Translations under genes and position numbers: made by a program
Notes under the pieces: generated by a model
The model's input: the letters and a program-made list of their open reading frames with translations, nothing else
Database searches by the model: none
Told to the model about the DNA's origin: nothing
From: Scyliorhinus canicula
Lineage: Eukaryota
Direction of reading: 5' to 3'
Length of the DNA: 38,141 nucleotides
NCBI RefSeq assembly: GCF_902713615.1
Contig: NW_024056034.1
Coordinates: 62,001-100,141 of the forward strand
Shown here: positions 1 through 12,584 of the stretch, piece after piece
Layout of the letters: each line of letters opens with the position of its first letter
How positions within the stretch are numbered: position 1 is the stretch's first letter

Positions 1-9
1 TCATTTTCA

Positions 10-703
10 AACCATACGATGTAGGAGCAGAAGGTGGCAATTCGGCCCATGGAATATGATCTGTCATTCAATGAGATCGTGGCTGATCTAATAAATCCTC
101 AACTCCACTTTCTTTTCCACCTTATCCCCATAATCCTTGATTCCCTTAGTAATGAAAAATCTGTCTGTCTCAGTCTTGGACATATTTATTGACCCGGCCT
201 CTCCAATTCTCTGCACCATAGAATTACTCCCCTCTGAGAGACGAAATTCCTCTTCATCCACGTCTGAAATGAGCGACACCTCACTCTGAGATGGTGCCCT
301 ACGGTCCCAGACTCTCCCACAAGCAGAAACAACCTCGAGCATCCACATTGTCAAGCTCCTTGAAAATACTACATATCTCAGTAAGTTCGCCTCTCATTCT
401 TCAAAACGCCAATGCGTGTAGGTCTTCCCAACTTAGACATTCCTCATGTCAGTCTCTGTGGTGCAATTGGTCAACGTTTTTCGCTGCAAACCGAGAGGTC
501 TGTGTTTCAAGACTTTCCACGGCCGGATTCTTCTCTATTTGATGACAGGAGCAGTAACGATGGGCCGAAGAACCTCTTTCTGTGCTGTGAAATTCCAGCT
601 ACTGATGAAAATCCATCCGTACACGAGATTAACCTAATGAACCTTCTCTGGACTGCCTCCAAAATATCTATCCTGAGGTAAGGAGACCAAAACTGCTCAC
701 ATC
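10..703 (-). mobile_element. CR1-clade LINE 3' fragment (decayed RT C-terminus and 3' UTR)
   Basis: Minus-strand ...GIKDYGDKV tail peptide (ORF 88-354) and a degenerate FWSP-encoding segment near 680-700; resembles the other CR1 3' ends in the window. Confidence 0.8.
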
Positions 704-1074
704 ATTGCAATATGCCCTGGTGGAATTTGTATTCGAGTCTCTGGAGTAATAGTTCAGGCCTCCAGATTACCAGTCCAGTAATATATTGCGAAGCACCCCT
801 AGGACTGTAATATCATCACATCTAAAAGATGGAGCAACTGAAACATAAAATACTCCTGCATTGGATCACATCTGGGTCATGGGCTCAGGTATCTGTTGTG
901 AGAAGTGATATTGATTCCACTGAGACAAGACTGTTAACCTATCATGGTTTGCATGTTGACATTACATTCTGAAATATTGCTCAGTGTATCTAAAGTTCTT
1001 ATTCTGGGTGCAGCCTTACATGGGTCAATTTAATTTTCAGAGGCTAGTCTTTTCTTCGTCTTGTGTCTTATTCT

Positions 1075-1297
1075 TGTTATAAATTTAGAGTACCCAATTA
1101 TTTTTTTCCAAATCAAGGGGCAATTTAGCGCAGCCAATCCACCTACCCTGTACATCTTCGGGTTTTGGGGGTGAAACCCACGCAGACACGGGGAGGATGT
1201 GCAAACTTCACGCAGTCAGGGACCGAGAGTCGGGATCGAACCTGGTACCTCGGCACCGTGAGGCAGCAGTGCGAACAACTGCATGACCATGGTGCCC
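1075..1297 (-). mobile_element. HE1/V-SINE-type tRNA-derived SINE
   Basis: Reverse complement has a tRNA-like head with B box (ggttcgatcccga), the core gtgtctgcgtgggtttcacccc and the gtaggtggattggc...taaattgcccc tail; similar to copies at 15733, 29724 and 36366. Confidence 0.8.
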
Positions 1298-1644
1298 CGT
1301 CTTGTGTCTAATTCGGACACGATGGTAATGGTGAACGGTAATTCCACTGGCTCCATATAAATTGTCAGTAATTCCAAAAATAGCATCTGAACACAAGCAA
1401 GGCAGAAACATATATACAACTGGGTCTTCACACTGCATGAGCTGCACGGTCACATCGGTTGGAAGCTCGGATTGTTTTCCTTCGAACCGAGCAGTTTTTG
1501 GGAGGCGTGGTAAAAATGGTCAAAATTATGAATGGCTTTGTTTGATTAATTAGGAAGAAAGTTGATTCACTGGCAGGAGGGTCAGAAATCAGAAGACACT
1601 AATTTATGAAATATTAATTTCCCCCTCATTATAAACCTATCAAA

Positions 1645-2010
1645 TTGTAAAAGGACTGGACAGGGAAGATGCAGAAAGGATGTGTCCGATGGCGGGGAAG
1701 GTAGAACCAGGGGTCACAATCTAAGGATACGGGGTAAACCATTTAATACTGAGATGAGGAGTAATATCTTCACCCTGGGAGTTGTGAACCTGTTGAATTC
1801 TCTACCACAGAACGACGTTGACTCCAAAGTATTGTATGTTTTCAAGGAGGAGTAAGATAAAGCTCTTGGGGATCAAAACTCTGAAGGGACCAAATGATAT
1901 GGCGGAAAGTGGGAACAGGTTACTAAGGTGGATGATCAGCCATGATCATAATGATAGCGGAGCAGGCTCGAAGGGCAGAATGGTCTACCCCAGCTCTATT
2001 TTCTCTGTCA
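1645..2010 (+). mobile_element. CR1 LINE 3' fragment
   Basis: aggggtcacaatctaaggatacgggg...gatcagccatgatcataatga...gcaggctcgaagggc, a typical CR1 3' end. Confidence 0.75.
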
Positions 2011-3007
2011 CTGTATTACATCAAATCTGTTTATTCTCATGTTAAATGAGACCCTGTCTTTATCTCTATTAAAGTAACCCCTGTCCCCGTCTATACCACA
2101 CTGTACTGTTTGTGCTGCACTCAATTAATAATACGTTAGAACATACATAGGATTAGATCACATTAAGTTCCGCCTCTATGATATTCCACAGGAATTTGTA
2201 TCTTCACATTACACCAAGGCCTGTCTCTGTTGATATTACACCGGACCATGTTCCTGTTACCTGTCTGGATATTATAAATTATTGGACATGTTTGCTTGTT
2301 TCTCCAAGTGCAATCATCGTTGATTTTGAGATTATGTTAATTCATGTTAATATCTATAAGTAGTTGTATTAAATGTGTATTTCCTCTGCTATCATGTGGG
2401 CAATATTGAGTTGAATACTTTACCACTATCCCAATAATTAATTGGTCTTGTGAGACATGTCTACATGTGAACACCGGTGCACAGCAATTCCCAAAATTTT
2501 GTGGAAATCTCTGTTTTGTTCAAAATGATGAATTTACTCTTGTGTTATACTCTATCGATTGGAAAGTTTTTTTTCACGATGATGATTATTTTCCTGCCTC
2601 GATTTATATTAACCGATCACCTGTGCACTGGCAGAGTTAGACAGAACCGTGTTCTCACAGTATCGCCACGATGGTAATGGTGGGCACCCATAGGAGAAAT
2701 GTCCACCCAATCATAAAACACTCATCTGGTGAAGAAGAGCAACTAAAATCGCTGCAAAAGCGTATTAGCCGTTAGTGTAGGTGTGCATATGAAACATTTT
2801 TCTTAATTTTTGCAACTCCAAACGATCAAGGCGTATTGTTATCTTCAGAATTATTTGGTTGATTTTGCGATATCTTCATATGTCTCGGTCCTCAGCTATG
2901 GTATTCATTCCCTACACCTCGTTACCTCAATTCCCTTATTAAAATCATCCCATAACCGGCTTCATCAACCACATTTTTAATCATCTGGCCTAATAACTCT
3001 GTACACG

Positions 3008-3432
3008 TATATTAATCCAGACCTTGACCAGGAATGACTGCAATAGACCCTGTCTCAGTTTATAATATTCTAGATACTGTATGAATAATCACTGCTTTAG
3101 ATCCTATCTCATTTAAGTTAATGAAACTTTGTATCGGCAATCGCTGCACGAGAACCTGTCTCGGTTTATGTTAATCTATACCCTGTATCAGTAATCACTG
3201 CACGGGATCCAGGGGCTGGTTTAGCTCACTGGGCTAAATCGCTGGCTTTTGAAGCAGACCAAGTAGGCCAGCAGCACGGTTCGATTCCCGTGCCAGCTTC
3301 CCCGGACAGGCGCAGGAATGTGGGGACTCGGGGCTTTTCACAGTAACTTCATTGAAGCCTACTCGTGATAATAAGCGATTTTCATTTCATTTCATTTCAA
3401 TCTCAAGTTAGGTTAACCTACACCCTGTACCC
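3008..3432. repeat. Diverged ~55-bp tandem repeat (about 4 units) interrupted by a SINE
   Basis: Recurring unit approx. tattaatctagaccctgtatcagtaatcactgcactagaccctgtctcagttta; resumes after the SINE at 3400. Confidence 0.65.
3212..3399 (+). mobile_element. tRNA-derived SINE, GGGGCTGGTTTAGCTC family
   Basis: A box ggctggtttagctcactgg, B box ggttcgattccc, (CATTT)n tail; six similar copies in the window. Confidence 0.9.
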
Positions 3433-3435
3433 CTG

Positions 3436-4761
3436 AAGGATAGGATCTATTCACATTTGGAAGAAAATAGACTTATCAGTGACAGGTAGCATGGTTTTGT
3501 GCAGGGAAAGTCATGTCTTACAAACCTAATAGAATTCTTTGAGGAAGTGACAAAGTTAATTAATGTGGGAAGGGCTGTAGATGTCATATACAGGGACTTC
3601 AGTAAGGCGTTTGATAAAGTTTCCCATGGCAGGTTGATGGAAAAAGTGAAGTATGGTGTTCAGGGTGTACTAACTAGATGGATAAAGAACTGGCTGGGCA
3701 ACAGGAGACAGAGAGTAGCGTTGGAAGGGAGTGTCTCAAAATGGAGAAAGGTGACGAGTGGTGTTTCACAGGGATCTGTGCTCGGACCACTGTTGTTTTT
3801 GATATACATAAATGATCTGGACGAAGGTATAGGTGGTCTGATGAGCATGTTTGCAGATGATACTAAGATTGGCGGAGTTGCAGATAGCGAGGAGGACTTT
3901 CAGAGAATACAGCAAAATATTGATAGATTGGAGAGTTGGGCAGAGAATTGGCAGGTCGAGTTCAATCCAGGAAAATGCGAGGTGATGCATTTTGGAAGAT
4001 ATAATTCAAGAGCGGACTATATGGTAAATGGAAGAGTCCTGGGGAAAATTGATGTACAGAGAGATCTGGGAGTTCAGGTCCATTGTACCCTGAATATGGC
4101 AACGCAGGTCGATAGAGTGGTCAAGAAGGCATACAGCATGCTTGCCTTCATCCGACGGGGTATTGAGTACAAGAGTCGGCAGGTCATGTTACAGTTGTAT
4201 AGGACTTTGGTGAGGCCATATTTGGAATACTGCGTGCAGTTCTGGTCGCCACATTACCAGAAGGGTGTGGACGCTTTAGAGAGGGTGCAGAGGAGGTTCA
4301 CCGGGATGTTGCTTGGTATGGAGGGTACAAGCTATGAAGATAGGTTGAGTAGATTAGGATTGTTTTCGTTGGAAAGACGGAGGTTGAGGGGGGACCGGAT
4401 TGAGGTCTACAAAATTATGAGAGGTATGGACAGGGTGAATAGCAACACGCTTTTTCCAAGAGTGGGGGTGTCAATTACAAGGGGTCACGATTTCAAGGTG
4501 AGAGGGGGAAAGTTTAAGGGAGATGTGCGTGGAAAGTTTTTTACGCAGAGGGTGCCTGGAATGCTTTGCCAGCGGAGGTGATCGAGGCGGGCACTTTAGC
4601 ATCATTTAAGATGCATCTGGACAGATATATGAACGGGCGGGGAACGGAGGGAAGTAGATCCTTGGAAAATAGGCGACAGGTTTAGATAAAGGATCCGGAT
4701 CGGCGCAGGCTGGGAGGGCTGAAGGGCCTGTTCCTGTGCTGTAATTTTCTTTGTTCTTTGT
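3436..4761 (+). mobile_element. 5'-truncated CR1 LINE with a 360-aa uninterrupted RT frame (3499-4581)
   Basis: RT motifs SCLTNL, DFSKAFDKV, QGSVLGPLLFLIYINDL, FADD, LVRPYLEYCVQFWSP; 3' tail ctgtaattttctttgttctttgt. Confidence 0.95.
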
Positions 4762-4909
4762 ATTAGTGATCATTGCTTTAGACTCTGTCATAGGGTCATG
4801 GAGTCTGAGAGTTTTACAGTATAGAAAGATGCCCTTCCACCGATCATTTCTGCGACGACAATCAAACACCTATCTATTCTAAGATTGTCCATAGATGGTC
4901 TTCCTACCA

Positions 4910-6790
4910 TAAAATCATAAAACATAGGAGCAGAACCCGTCCTTTTAGTCCATCGAGTCTGCTCCACATTGAATCATGACTGTTATGTTTCTAATCCTCA
5001 TTCTCCCGCCTTCTCCCCATAATCCCTGGTCCCGTAATTAATCAATAATCTGTCTGCCTCTATCTTATAGGCCTCCACAGCCTTCTGCGGGAATGAGTTC
5101 CACAGATTCAAGACCCCCTGGTTGAATAAAGTTATCCTCTTCTCAGTTGTGAAGGATTGTCCCTTAAATCTGAAGCTGTGCCCTCGGGTTCTCGTTTCAC
5201 CTACTAGGCCTCTCACTATTCTGAAAGTTTCAATGTGACCCCACCCCCACACACCGCCCCGCGGCCCACTCCGCTCAGGACGCCTCATCCTTCTAAACTC
5301 TATCCAGCACAGACCCAGAGTCCTCAACCGCTCCTCATATGACAAGTCCGTCATTCCGAGGATCAGTCTTGTGAATCTCCTCTGGAGCTTCTCCAAGGCC
5401 AGCACGTTGTTTCTTAGATAAGGCGACCAAAACTGCTCACAATATTCCAAATGGGGTCTGACCAGAGTCTTATACAGCCTCAACAGTTACATCCCTGCTC
5501 TTGTAATCTAGCCCTCGCGACATGAATGCTAACCTTGCATTTGTCTTCCCAGCTGCCAACTGAACTTGCATGTTAACCTTAAGAGAATCGTCAACTAGAA
5601 TTCCTAAGTGCATTTGAGCTTCTGATTTCCTAAGCCCTACTCCAATTAGAAAATACTCTATGTTTCCTCCAAAATGCAGAACTTTTCACTTTTCTACATT
5701 GTATTCCATCTTCCACTGCTTTGCCCACTCTCTTAGCCTGACCAAGTCTTTCTGCAGCCTCTCTGCTTCCTCAGCACAACCTGTCCCTCTACGTATCTGA
5801 GCATCATCTGAAAACGTAGCATCAGTGCCCTCAGTTCAAAGGTAATAATAAAATCTTTATTAGCTTTTACATTACATCAGCCTTTAAAGGCTTCCGTATC
5901 CTCTGGCATCCCAGTAATCTTCTCCACATTGCATCCTTTGCTTTTATGCTGTCCTTGACTTCCCTTGTCAACCATGGATGCCCTGTCCTCCCCTTAGCAT
6001 GGTTTCTCCTCTTTGGGATTAATTTTTGCAGTGCCTCGCGAATAACCCCCAAAACGTCCTGCCACTGCTATTCCACTGTCTCCCTGCTCGGCTCCCTGTC
6101 CAATCAAATCTGGCCAGCTCATCCCGTGTATCTCGTCAGTATTTCACAAAATTCCTTTTCTTGGGATCTGCTACCAAACTGACTTTCCCTGTCCTCCTCC
6201 ATATTGAAGTCCCCCATGATTATTATAATATTTCCTCTCTTATGTACCTTTTCAATGTGCTGATTGATATTGTGCCCCACATTCTGACTACGGCTAGGGG
6301 GCTGTACGTACCACTCATCAGGGTCTTTTTTCCTTTGAGATTCGTCAACTCTGCCCTCAGGGATTCTACACCTTCGGACACTAAATTGCTTCTTGCTATC
6401 GAGTTAATTTCATTCCTTACTCGCAATGCAACCCCGCCCCCTTTGTCCACGCATGCCAATTTCAATGTGTGCAATGAGTTCATTTACCTTGTTCCGTATA
6501 CTGCCCACATTTAGGTACAACACCCTCAGTTCTGCGTTGACCATCCCTTCTCATCGTTGTCCCTTTTTCTGCTGTGCCTGAAGTTGCATACACACCTCTA
6601 TCCATACTCCCTACTCTAGCACGTGTTCAGGAAACTTTACTAACCTCCCCTAAGCCCTCGGCCCGTTTCACTCGGTTAATGTCCTGATCATTACCCTGCA
6701 CTCACCTTCTCTTTTAACTTTGGTTTTCTAATTTTTCATACAACCGACCGCCCTCACCCCAATATTTCGTTTTAAAGCATCACTTCTCAG
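4910..6790 (-). mobile_element. CR1 LINE, internally deleted (RT C-terminus 4910-5835 joined to endonuclease region 5875-6500)
   Basis: ORF 4998-5483 LYKTLVRPHLEYCEQFWSP; ORF 6223-6483 GGGVALRVRNEI...GVESLRAEL (APE endonuclease-like). Confidence 0.85.
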
Positions 6791-6889
6791 CATTGAATTT
6801 TATCTGCCACCTATCTACCTGTGAACATGAAAAAGGCAGTGACCTGTTACAGCCTAGGCTGGACGCATCCTTGTTACAACACCAGGGAC

Positions 6890-7350
6890 GGCGGGACTGT
6901 CATATGAGGAGAGATTGACTACGTTAGGAATGTTCTCGATGGAGTTCAGAAGAATGAGTGGGGATCTCATAGAGACTTATAAAATTCCCGCAGGACGAGA
7001 CAGTGTAGATGCAGGGAAGATGTTCCCGATGATGGTTGTGTCCAGAACCAGGGGTCACAGCCTGAGGATTCAGGATTCATTTCGGACAGAGATAAGGAGA
7101 CATTTCGTCACCCAAAGAGTGGTGAGCCTGTGGAATTTATTAGCACAGGAAATAGTTGATTCTAAAACATTGAATATGTTCTAGAGGCGGCTAGATATAG
7201 CACTTGGGGAGAATGGGATGAAAGCTATGGGGAGAAAGCAGGATGAGGCTGTTGAGTTGGATGTTCAGCCATGATCGTGACAAATGGCGGAGCAGGCTCG
7301 AAGGGCCAAAAGGCCTCCTCCTTCTCCGAACTTCTACGTGTCTATGTATG
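6890..7350 (+). mobile_element. CR1 LINE 3' fragment
   Basis: ORF 6915-7184 LGMFSMEFRRMSGDLIETYKI...TRGHSLRI; 3' UTR to ctacgtgtctatgtatg. Confidence 0.85.
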
Positions 7351-7729
7351 TAATCCTCTTCCCTGTTTACTACATTGTCAATTTGGGAGACAAATGAAAC
7401 ATTTCAATTGATATCATGTGAACCCGAGTCCCGAGCCCTGTCTATTAATATATAACAGAAACATAATTGCTGCTAATATTACCCACTGGAGAATAACACT
7501 CTGTACCCCACCCAATCTGAAACAATTGTTAAGAACTGTCCCTTAGTCACTGTTGTGCACATTCTGCTCCTGCCCCTTTAATCACCTGAGCATCAATTTT
7601 CCCCACTTTTCATATATGACACAGACATTAAGATATTTGTCCCAGACGTTTCCATTCCTCGTGTCCCATCAGAATTCCAAGGACAACTTCAGTAACGCTC
7701 TGCTTGTCTAAACTATTCCGTCTAATTCT

Positions 7730-7975
7730 CGAAGGCCAGGTACAGTACGGGGTTGCATACAGAGCAAAGCTTCCGGCACACAGAACCAGCAAACACTCTC
7801 AGGCCAAATGCATCACAAGATCAGATAAAGACGAAAGCTTCCTGAAACCTGTCCCATTATACACTCCCAGGGCCCCAACAGTAAACATTTAGTTACTGAG
7901 TAAACTTCCCTTAACAATCTCCCCTCAAATACTCGAAGGACAGGTACAGTACCGAGCAAAGCCCCCTCCACAACA
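7730..7975. repeat. Degenerate tandem repeat (caggtacagtac...agagcaaagc units)
   Basis: ctcgaagg(c/a)caggtacagtac...gagcaaagc occurs at about 7728-7770 and 7933-7962. Confidence 0.5.
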
Positions 7976-8259
7976 TCCGCCAACTAACATGTGAAGGACA
8001 GGTAAAGCATATGTGAGGAACAGAGTAAATTTGCCGTACCATCAGATACTTGCAGAGCAGGAAAAACGCAGGGTATGTGGAGAGTTAAGTTCCTGATACT
8101 CCGTCCCATTAATCGGTATGAAACAGGAATTATTTGTGCAGGGGTTTGGTGTGAAAATGTCCACACACACGCACAAACACTCAGAAAAAAACGGACATAT
8201 GTCTTAATGTATATAATCTCAACCGTGTAACGGTGAATCTTGGGCCGACCCTGCAATCA

Positions 8260-8565
8260 ACCCTGTCACGTTTTGTACGAATGTATACCCTGAATCAGTA
8301 ATCACTGCATTAGATGTTATCTCAGTTTTCGTTAATCTAGATCCTCCATCAATAATTACGGTACTAGAATCTGTCTCACTTTATATTAATCTCGACGCTC
8401 TATCAGCAATTAGTGCTCTAGAATCCTGTCTAAATTTACATTACTGAAGACACCCCCCCCATCAGAAATCACTGCACTCGGCCTTGTCTCAGTTTATATT
8501 AATCTAGACCCTGTATCAGGAATTACTGTACTAGACCCTGTTTCAGTTTATGTCTAACTTAGGCT
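8260..8565. repeat. Diverged ~55-bp tandem repeat, same family as 3008-3432
   Basis: About 5 units of tcagtttatattaatctagaccctgtatcag...actgtactagaccctgt. Confidence 0.7.
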
Positions 8566-8574
8566 TTGCTGCAT

Positions 8575-8885
8575 TACATAGAAACATAGAAGTGTAGAAG
8601 CATAGACAATAGGTGAAGGAGTAGGCCGTTCGGCCCCTTGAACTTGCTCTTCCATTCATTGTGATCGTGGCTGATCATCCAGACTCTGTAGACTCTTCTC
8701 GCTTTCCCTCCATATCCTATGATCCCCATAGCCACAAGAACCATATATAATTCCTTCCAGTAAACATACAAAGTTGTGGCCTCAACTGTTTTGTGTGGTA
8801 GAGAATTCCACAGATTCACCGCTCTAGGTCAATACATTTCTCCACATCTATATCCTTAGACTGTGTCCCTGATTCTGGACTCCCC
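8575..8885 (-). mobile_element. CR1 LINE 3' fragment
   Basis: ORF 8574-8819 NLWNSLPHKTVEA...GYGGKA; (catagaaa)n tail. Confidence 0.8.
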
Positions 8886-9002
8886 TCCATTAATCATTGC
8901 TGCACACCACCTTGTCTCCGTTATTATGAATATTTACCCTGTAACAATAACCCCTGCATTAGAACCCTGCCCCAGTTATTGTGAATCCCGGTCTTTTCAA
9001 AG

Positions 9003-9190
9003 TATCATAGAATCCCGACAGTGCAGAAGGAGGCCAGTCGGCCCATCGAGTCTGCACCCGCCCTCCAAAAAGGCACCCCACTGAGGACCACTCCTCCACC
9101 CTATCCCCCTACCCTTTGCACACTCAGGGGAAATCTTTTAGAATGGCCACTCCACCTAACCTGCGCATCTTTGGACTGTGGGAGGGAATT
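9003..9190 (-). mobile_element. HE1-type SINE fragment with CR1-like tail
   Basis: catagaatcccgacagtgcagaaggaggcc...acctgcgcatctttggactgtgggaggga, similar to 25945-26272. Confidence 0.65.
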
Positions 9191-9447
9191 CTCGGTTTCC
9201 ACTGCACTGCACTGTCTCCACTTGTATTAATCGAGGCCCTGTTTTAGTCATTCCGGGACACCGCTGGCTCTGTTTATTTAATGTCAGTTTATGTACCTGT
9301 AAATGATGCGCTTCTCTCTGTTTTAGTTATTAATGTGCGGGACAATACCAATATTAATCGTGATGTGGAGCTGCCGGCGTTGGACAGGGGTGAGCACAGT
9401 AAGAAGTCTTACAACACCAGGTTAAAGTCCAACAGGTTTGCTTCAAA

Positions 9448-9482
9448 GACTAGCTTTCGGAGCACTGCTTCTTCCTCAGGTG
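9448..9482 (-). ncRNA. Degenerate hammerhead in the inverted pLTR copy
   Basis: Reverse complement CAC-CUGAGGA-A-GAAG(cagtg)CUCC-GAAA-GCUA-GUC; core intact, one mismatch each in helix I and helix II. Confidence 0.55.
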
Positions 9483-10857
9483 AATGAAGAGGTATGTTCC
9501 AGAAACATATATATCGGCAACTTCAAAGATGCAAGACAATGCTTAGAATGCGAGCATTTGCAGGTAATTAAGTCTTTACAGATCCAGAGTTAGGGTAACC
9601 CAGGTTAAAGAGGGGTGAATTGTCTTTAGCCAGGACACTTGGTAGGATTTTGCAAGCCCAGGCCAGATGGTGGGGGATAAATGTAATGCGACATGAATCC
9701 CAGGCCCCGGTTGAGGCCGCACTCATGTGTGCGGAACTTGGCTATAGGTTTCTGCTCGGCGATTCTGCCTTGTTGCGGGTCACCTCACAATGCTCCACTT
9801 CTCCACTTCCACCCTAAACACATTAAAGAAGCCATCCCCGATGGACAAGCCCTCCATATACACAGGATCTGCTCAGACAAGGAGGAGCGTAACAGACATC
9901 TACAGACGCTGTAAGAGTCCCTCGTACGAATGGGTATGGCGCTCGACTCATCAATCGACAGTTCCAACACGCCACAGCAAAAAAACGCACCAACCTCCTC
10001 AGAAGACAACTATGGGACTCAACCGACAGAGTACCCTTCGTCGTCCAGTACTTCCCCAGAGTGGAGAAACTATGACATCTTCTTCGCAGCCTTCAACACG
10101 TCATTGATGAAGATGAACATCTTGCCAAGGTCATCCCCACATCCCCACTACTTGCCTTCAAACAACCGCGCAACCTCAAACAGACCATTGTTTGCAGCAA
10201 ACTACCCAGCCTTCAGGAGAACAGCGACCATGACACCACACAACCATGGCAATCTCTGCAAGACGTGCCAGATGATCGACATCGATACCACCACTACACG
10301 AGAGAACACCACCCACCATGTATGCGGTACATACTCGTGTGACTCGGCAAATGTTGTCTACCTCATACCCTGCAGGAAAGGATGTCCTGAAGCGTGGTAC
10401 ATTGGCGAGATCATGCAGACGCTGCAACAACGAATGAATGGACAGTGCGCAACAATCACCAGGCAGTAATGTTCCCTACCAGTCGGGGAACACTTTAGCA
10501 GTCAAGGGCATTCAGCCTCTGATCTCCGGGTAAGCATTCTTCAAGGAGACCTTCAGGACGCGCGATAACGCAGAATCGCCGAGCTGCAACTTATAGCTTC
10601 GTTCCACACACAAGGGTACGGCCTCAATCGGGACCTGGGATTCATGTCGCATTACATTCATCCCCCACCATCTGGTCTGGGCTTGCGAAATCCTATCAAC
10701 TGTCTGGTCTTGAGATAATTCACACCTCTTTATCCTGGGGCTACCCCTATCTCCGGATCTGTAAAGATTTAATTACCTGCAAATGCTCGCAATCTAAGCA
10801 TTGTCTTGCATCTTTGAATTTGTCTATACATATGTTTCTAGAACCTACCTCTTCATT

Positions 10858-10892
10858 CACCTGAGGAAGGAGCAGTTCTCCGAAAGCTAGTG
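10858..10892 (+). ncRNA. Minimal hammerhead ribozyme in Penelope pLTR
   Basis: CAC-CUGAGGA-A-GGAG(cagtt)CUCC-GAAA-GCUA-GUG: core CUGANGA/GAAA, 4-bp helix II, palindromic AGCU helix III, CAC/GUG helix I. Confidence 0.75.
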
Positions 10893-11484
10893 TTTGAAAC
10901 AAACCTGTTGGACTTTAACCTGGTGTTGTAAGATTTCTTACAATATTAATCGTGCAATGGGTTACATCTCATTTATTACCGCACTGCTCCACATCTCTGT
11001 TTAAAATAAAATAGGTCCTTTCTCAGTTCTCTCTCAATTAGACCCTCTCAGTGTTTATATCTTTCGATATTATTCCAGTTATTAATACATTAGATCATGC
11101 TTCTGTGGCATCTATAAGTTACTTTAGTTGAGTTTTTACTTGTAGTTAGACGATGTATTTGTTAATATTTCTTTGCACATTTTGTTTCGTAGTATTACAT
11201 TCATCCCTGCTTCAGTTATCACCGTGTAACAAATATTATTACCCTGGGACTTGTCTCTGGAATGATTGAACAGGACCATGTTTCGTTTTATCTTTCCCTC
11301 GGCATTGTATCTGTGTATATAATGCTCTCTGCAGTTAAACATTTGAATAAGAAGGACCATGTTTCTATACATACCACAATTCACCCTTTCTCAGGTATGA
11401 CTGCACGAGACTCTTTACTGTTTTAACAAATAGGTGCAGTCACATTCAGAAATGCACTGAGAATCACCTCTCTCTACTGCAATA

Positions 11485-11649
11485 GGGGCTGGTTTAGCTC
11501 ACTTGGCTAAATCGCTGGCTTTTAAAGCAGGCCAGCAGCCTCCCCTGACAGGCGCCGGAATGTGGCGACTAGGGGCTTTTCACAGTAACTTCATTGGAGC
11601 CTACTCGTGACAATAAGCGATTTTCATTTCATTTTTTCATTTCATTTCA
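11485..11649 (+). mobile_element. GGGGCTGGTTTAGCTC-family SINE, internally deleted (B box lost)
   Basis: Head and (CATTT)n tail as in 3212; segment cacggttcgattcccg missing. Confidence 0.88.
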
Positions 11650-11814
11650 ATTGGCTCTTTTTTAATCATTGCATTAGACCTTATATCTGTTAATATTACA
11701 TTATGTGCGGATTAATTAAGTGATGCATGAATGAAACTCTGTTTCATTCACGGCTGAAGTCTTCCCCCATAGAATAATGCAACAGATTTATTTTCATTGA
11801 TTACCGCACAATCA

Positions 11815-12415
11815 ACATCCCGGGGGTTGTCATTGACCGGAAACTAATCTGGACAAGCCAGACGAATGCTGTGGCTGCCAGAGCAGTTCAAAGGGTAGAG
11901 ATCCTCTGGCGAGTAACTCACAGCCCGATTGCCCAAAGCCTGTCCACCATCTTCCAGGCAAAAGTCTGAAGTGTAATGGAAGACAAGCTCCACTTGTCTG
12001 GAGTGCAGCTTCAACAAATCTCAAGAAGCTTTACACCATCCAGGACAAATCAGTCGCTTGATTGTTGCCTTCCGCAGGATTTACTGTTGGAACTAATAAA
12101 GGTTTCATATTCAGCACCCACCAGACCCACGGCTACAACCATCAACAAGGGAAGCAGATACTTTGGAACACCACCAACTGGAGATTCCTCTCCAAGTCAC
12201 TCAACACTTTGACTTGGAAACATATCGCCGTTCCTTCACCGTGGCTGGGTGAAAATACTGGATATCTCTCGCTAATACAGTATGGGCGTAACTGTATATC
12301 AGGGACTGCAGCGTTTCAAGGTGGCAGCTCCCCACCACGTTCTGCATGGTAACTTGGAATGGGCCATAATTGCTGACCCAATCAGTGGCACCATATCGCG
12401 GAAATGAATGAAAAC
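11815..12415 (+). mobile_element. L2/Crack-like LINE 3' fragment
   Basis: Decayed frame resembling GVxIDxKLxW...LSTIxxAxVxSVME...TIQDK; tail gcagcgtttcaag...aatgaatgaaaa. Confidence 0.65.
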
Positions 12416-12442
12416 AATAAAGGTTGTCTAAAAAATTGACAA

Positions 12443-12549
12443 ATAGATAGATAGACAGATAGATAGATTGATGGATAGATAGATAAATATATGAAAGATA
12501 GATAGATAGAGAAAGTAAGATAGATAGATAGAAGAAAGAAAGAAAGAAA
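12443..12549. repeat. (GATA)n/(GAAA)n microsatellite
   Basis: atagatagatag...gaaagaaagaaag. Confidence 0.9.
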
Positions 12550-12584
12550 GGTGGAATTTTATTTTGAATATACTAACTGATTTT

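Larger units (their letters stand above)
9363..10940 (+). mobile_element. Penelope-like retroelement (RT C-terminus + GIY-YIG endonuclease), 5'-truncated, with inverted pLTR copy and 14-bp TSD
   Basis: FHPKHIKEAIPDGQALHIHRICS and NVVYLIPCRKGCPEAWYIGE..QRMNG (GIY-YIG), frameshifted; most of 9363-9781 is the reverse complement of the 3' end; identical flanks CAATATTAATCGTG at 9349-9362 and 10941-10954. Confidence 0.92.

Noticed and set aside
3212-3300. tRNA genes at SINE heads
   Set aside because: A and B boxes belong to multi-copy SINEs with shared bodies and tails, not full cloverleaf tRNAs
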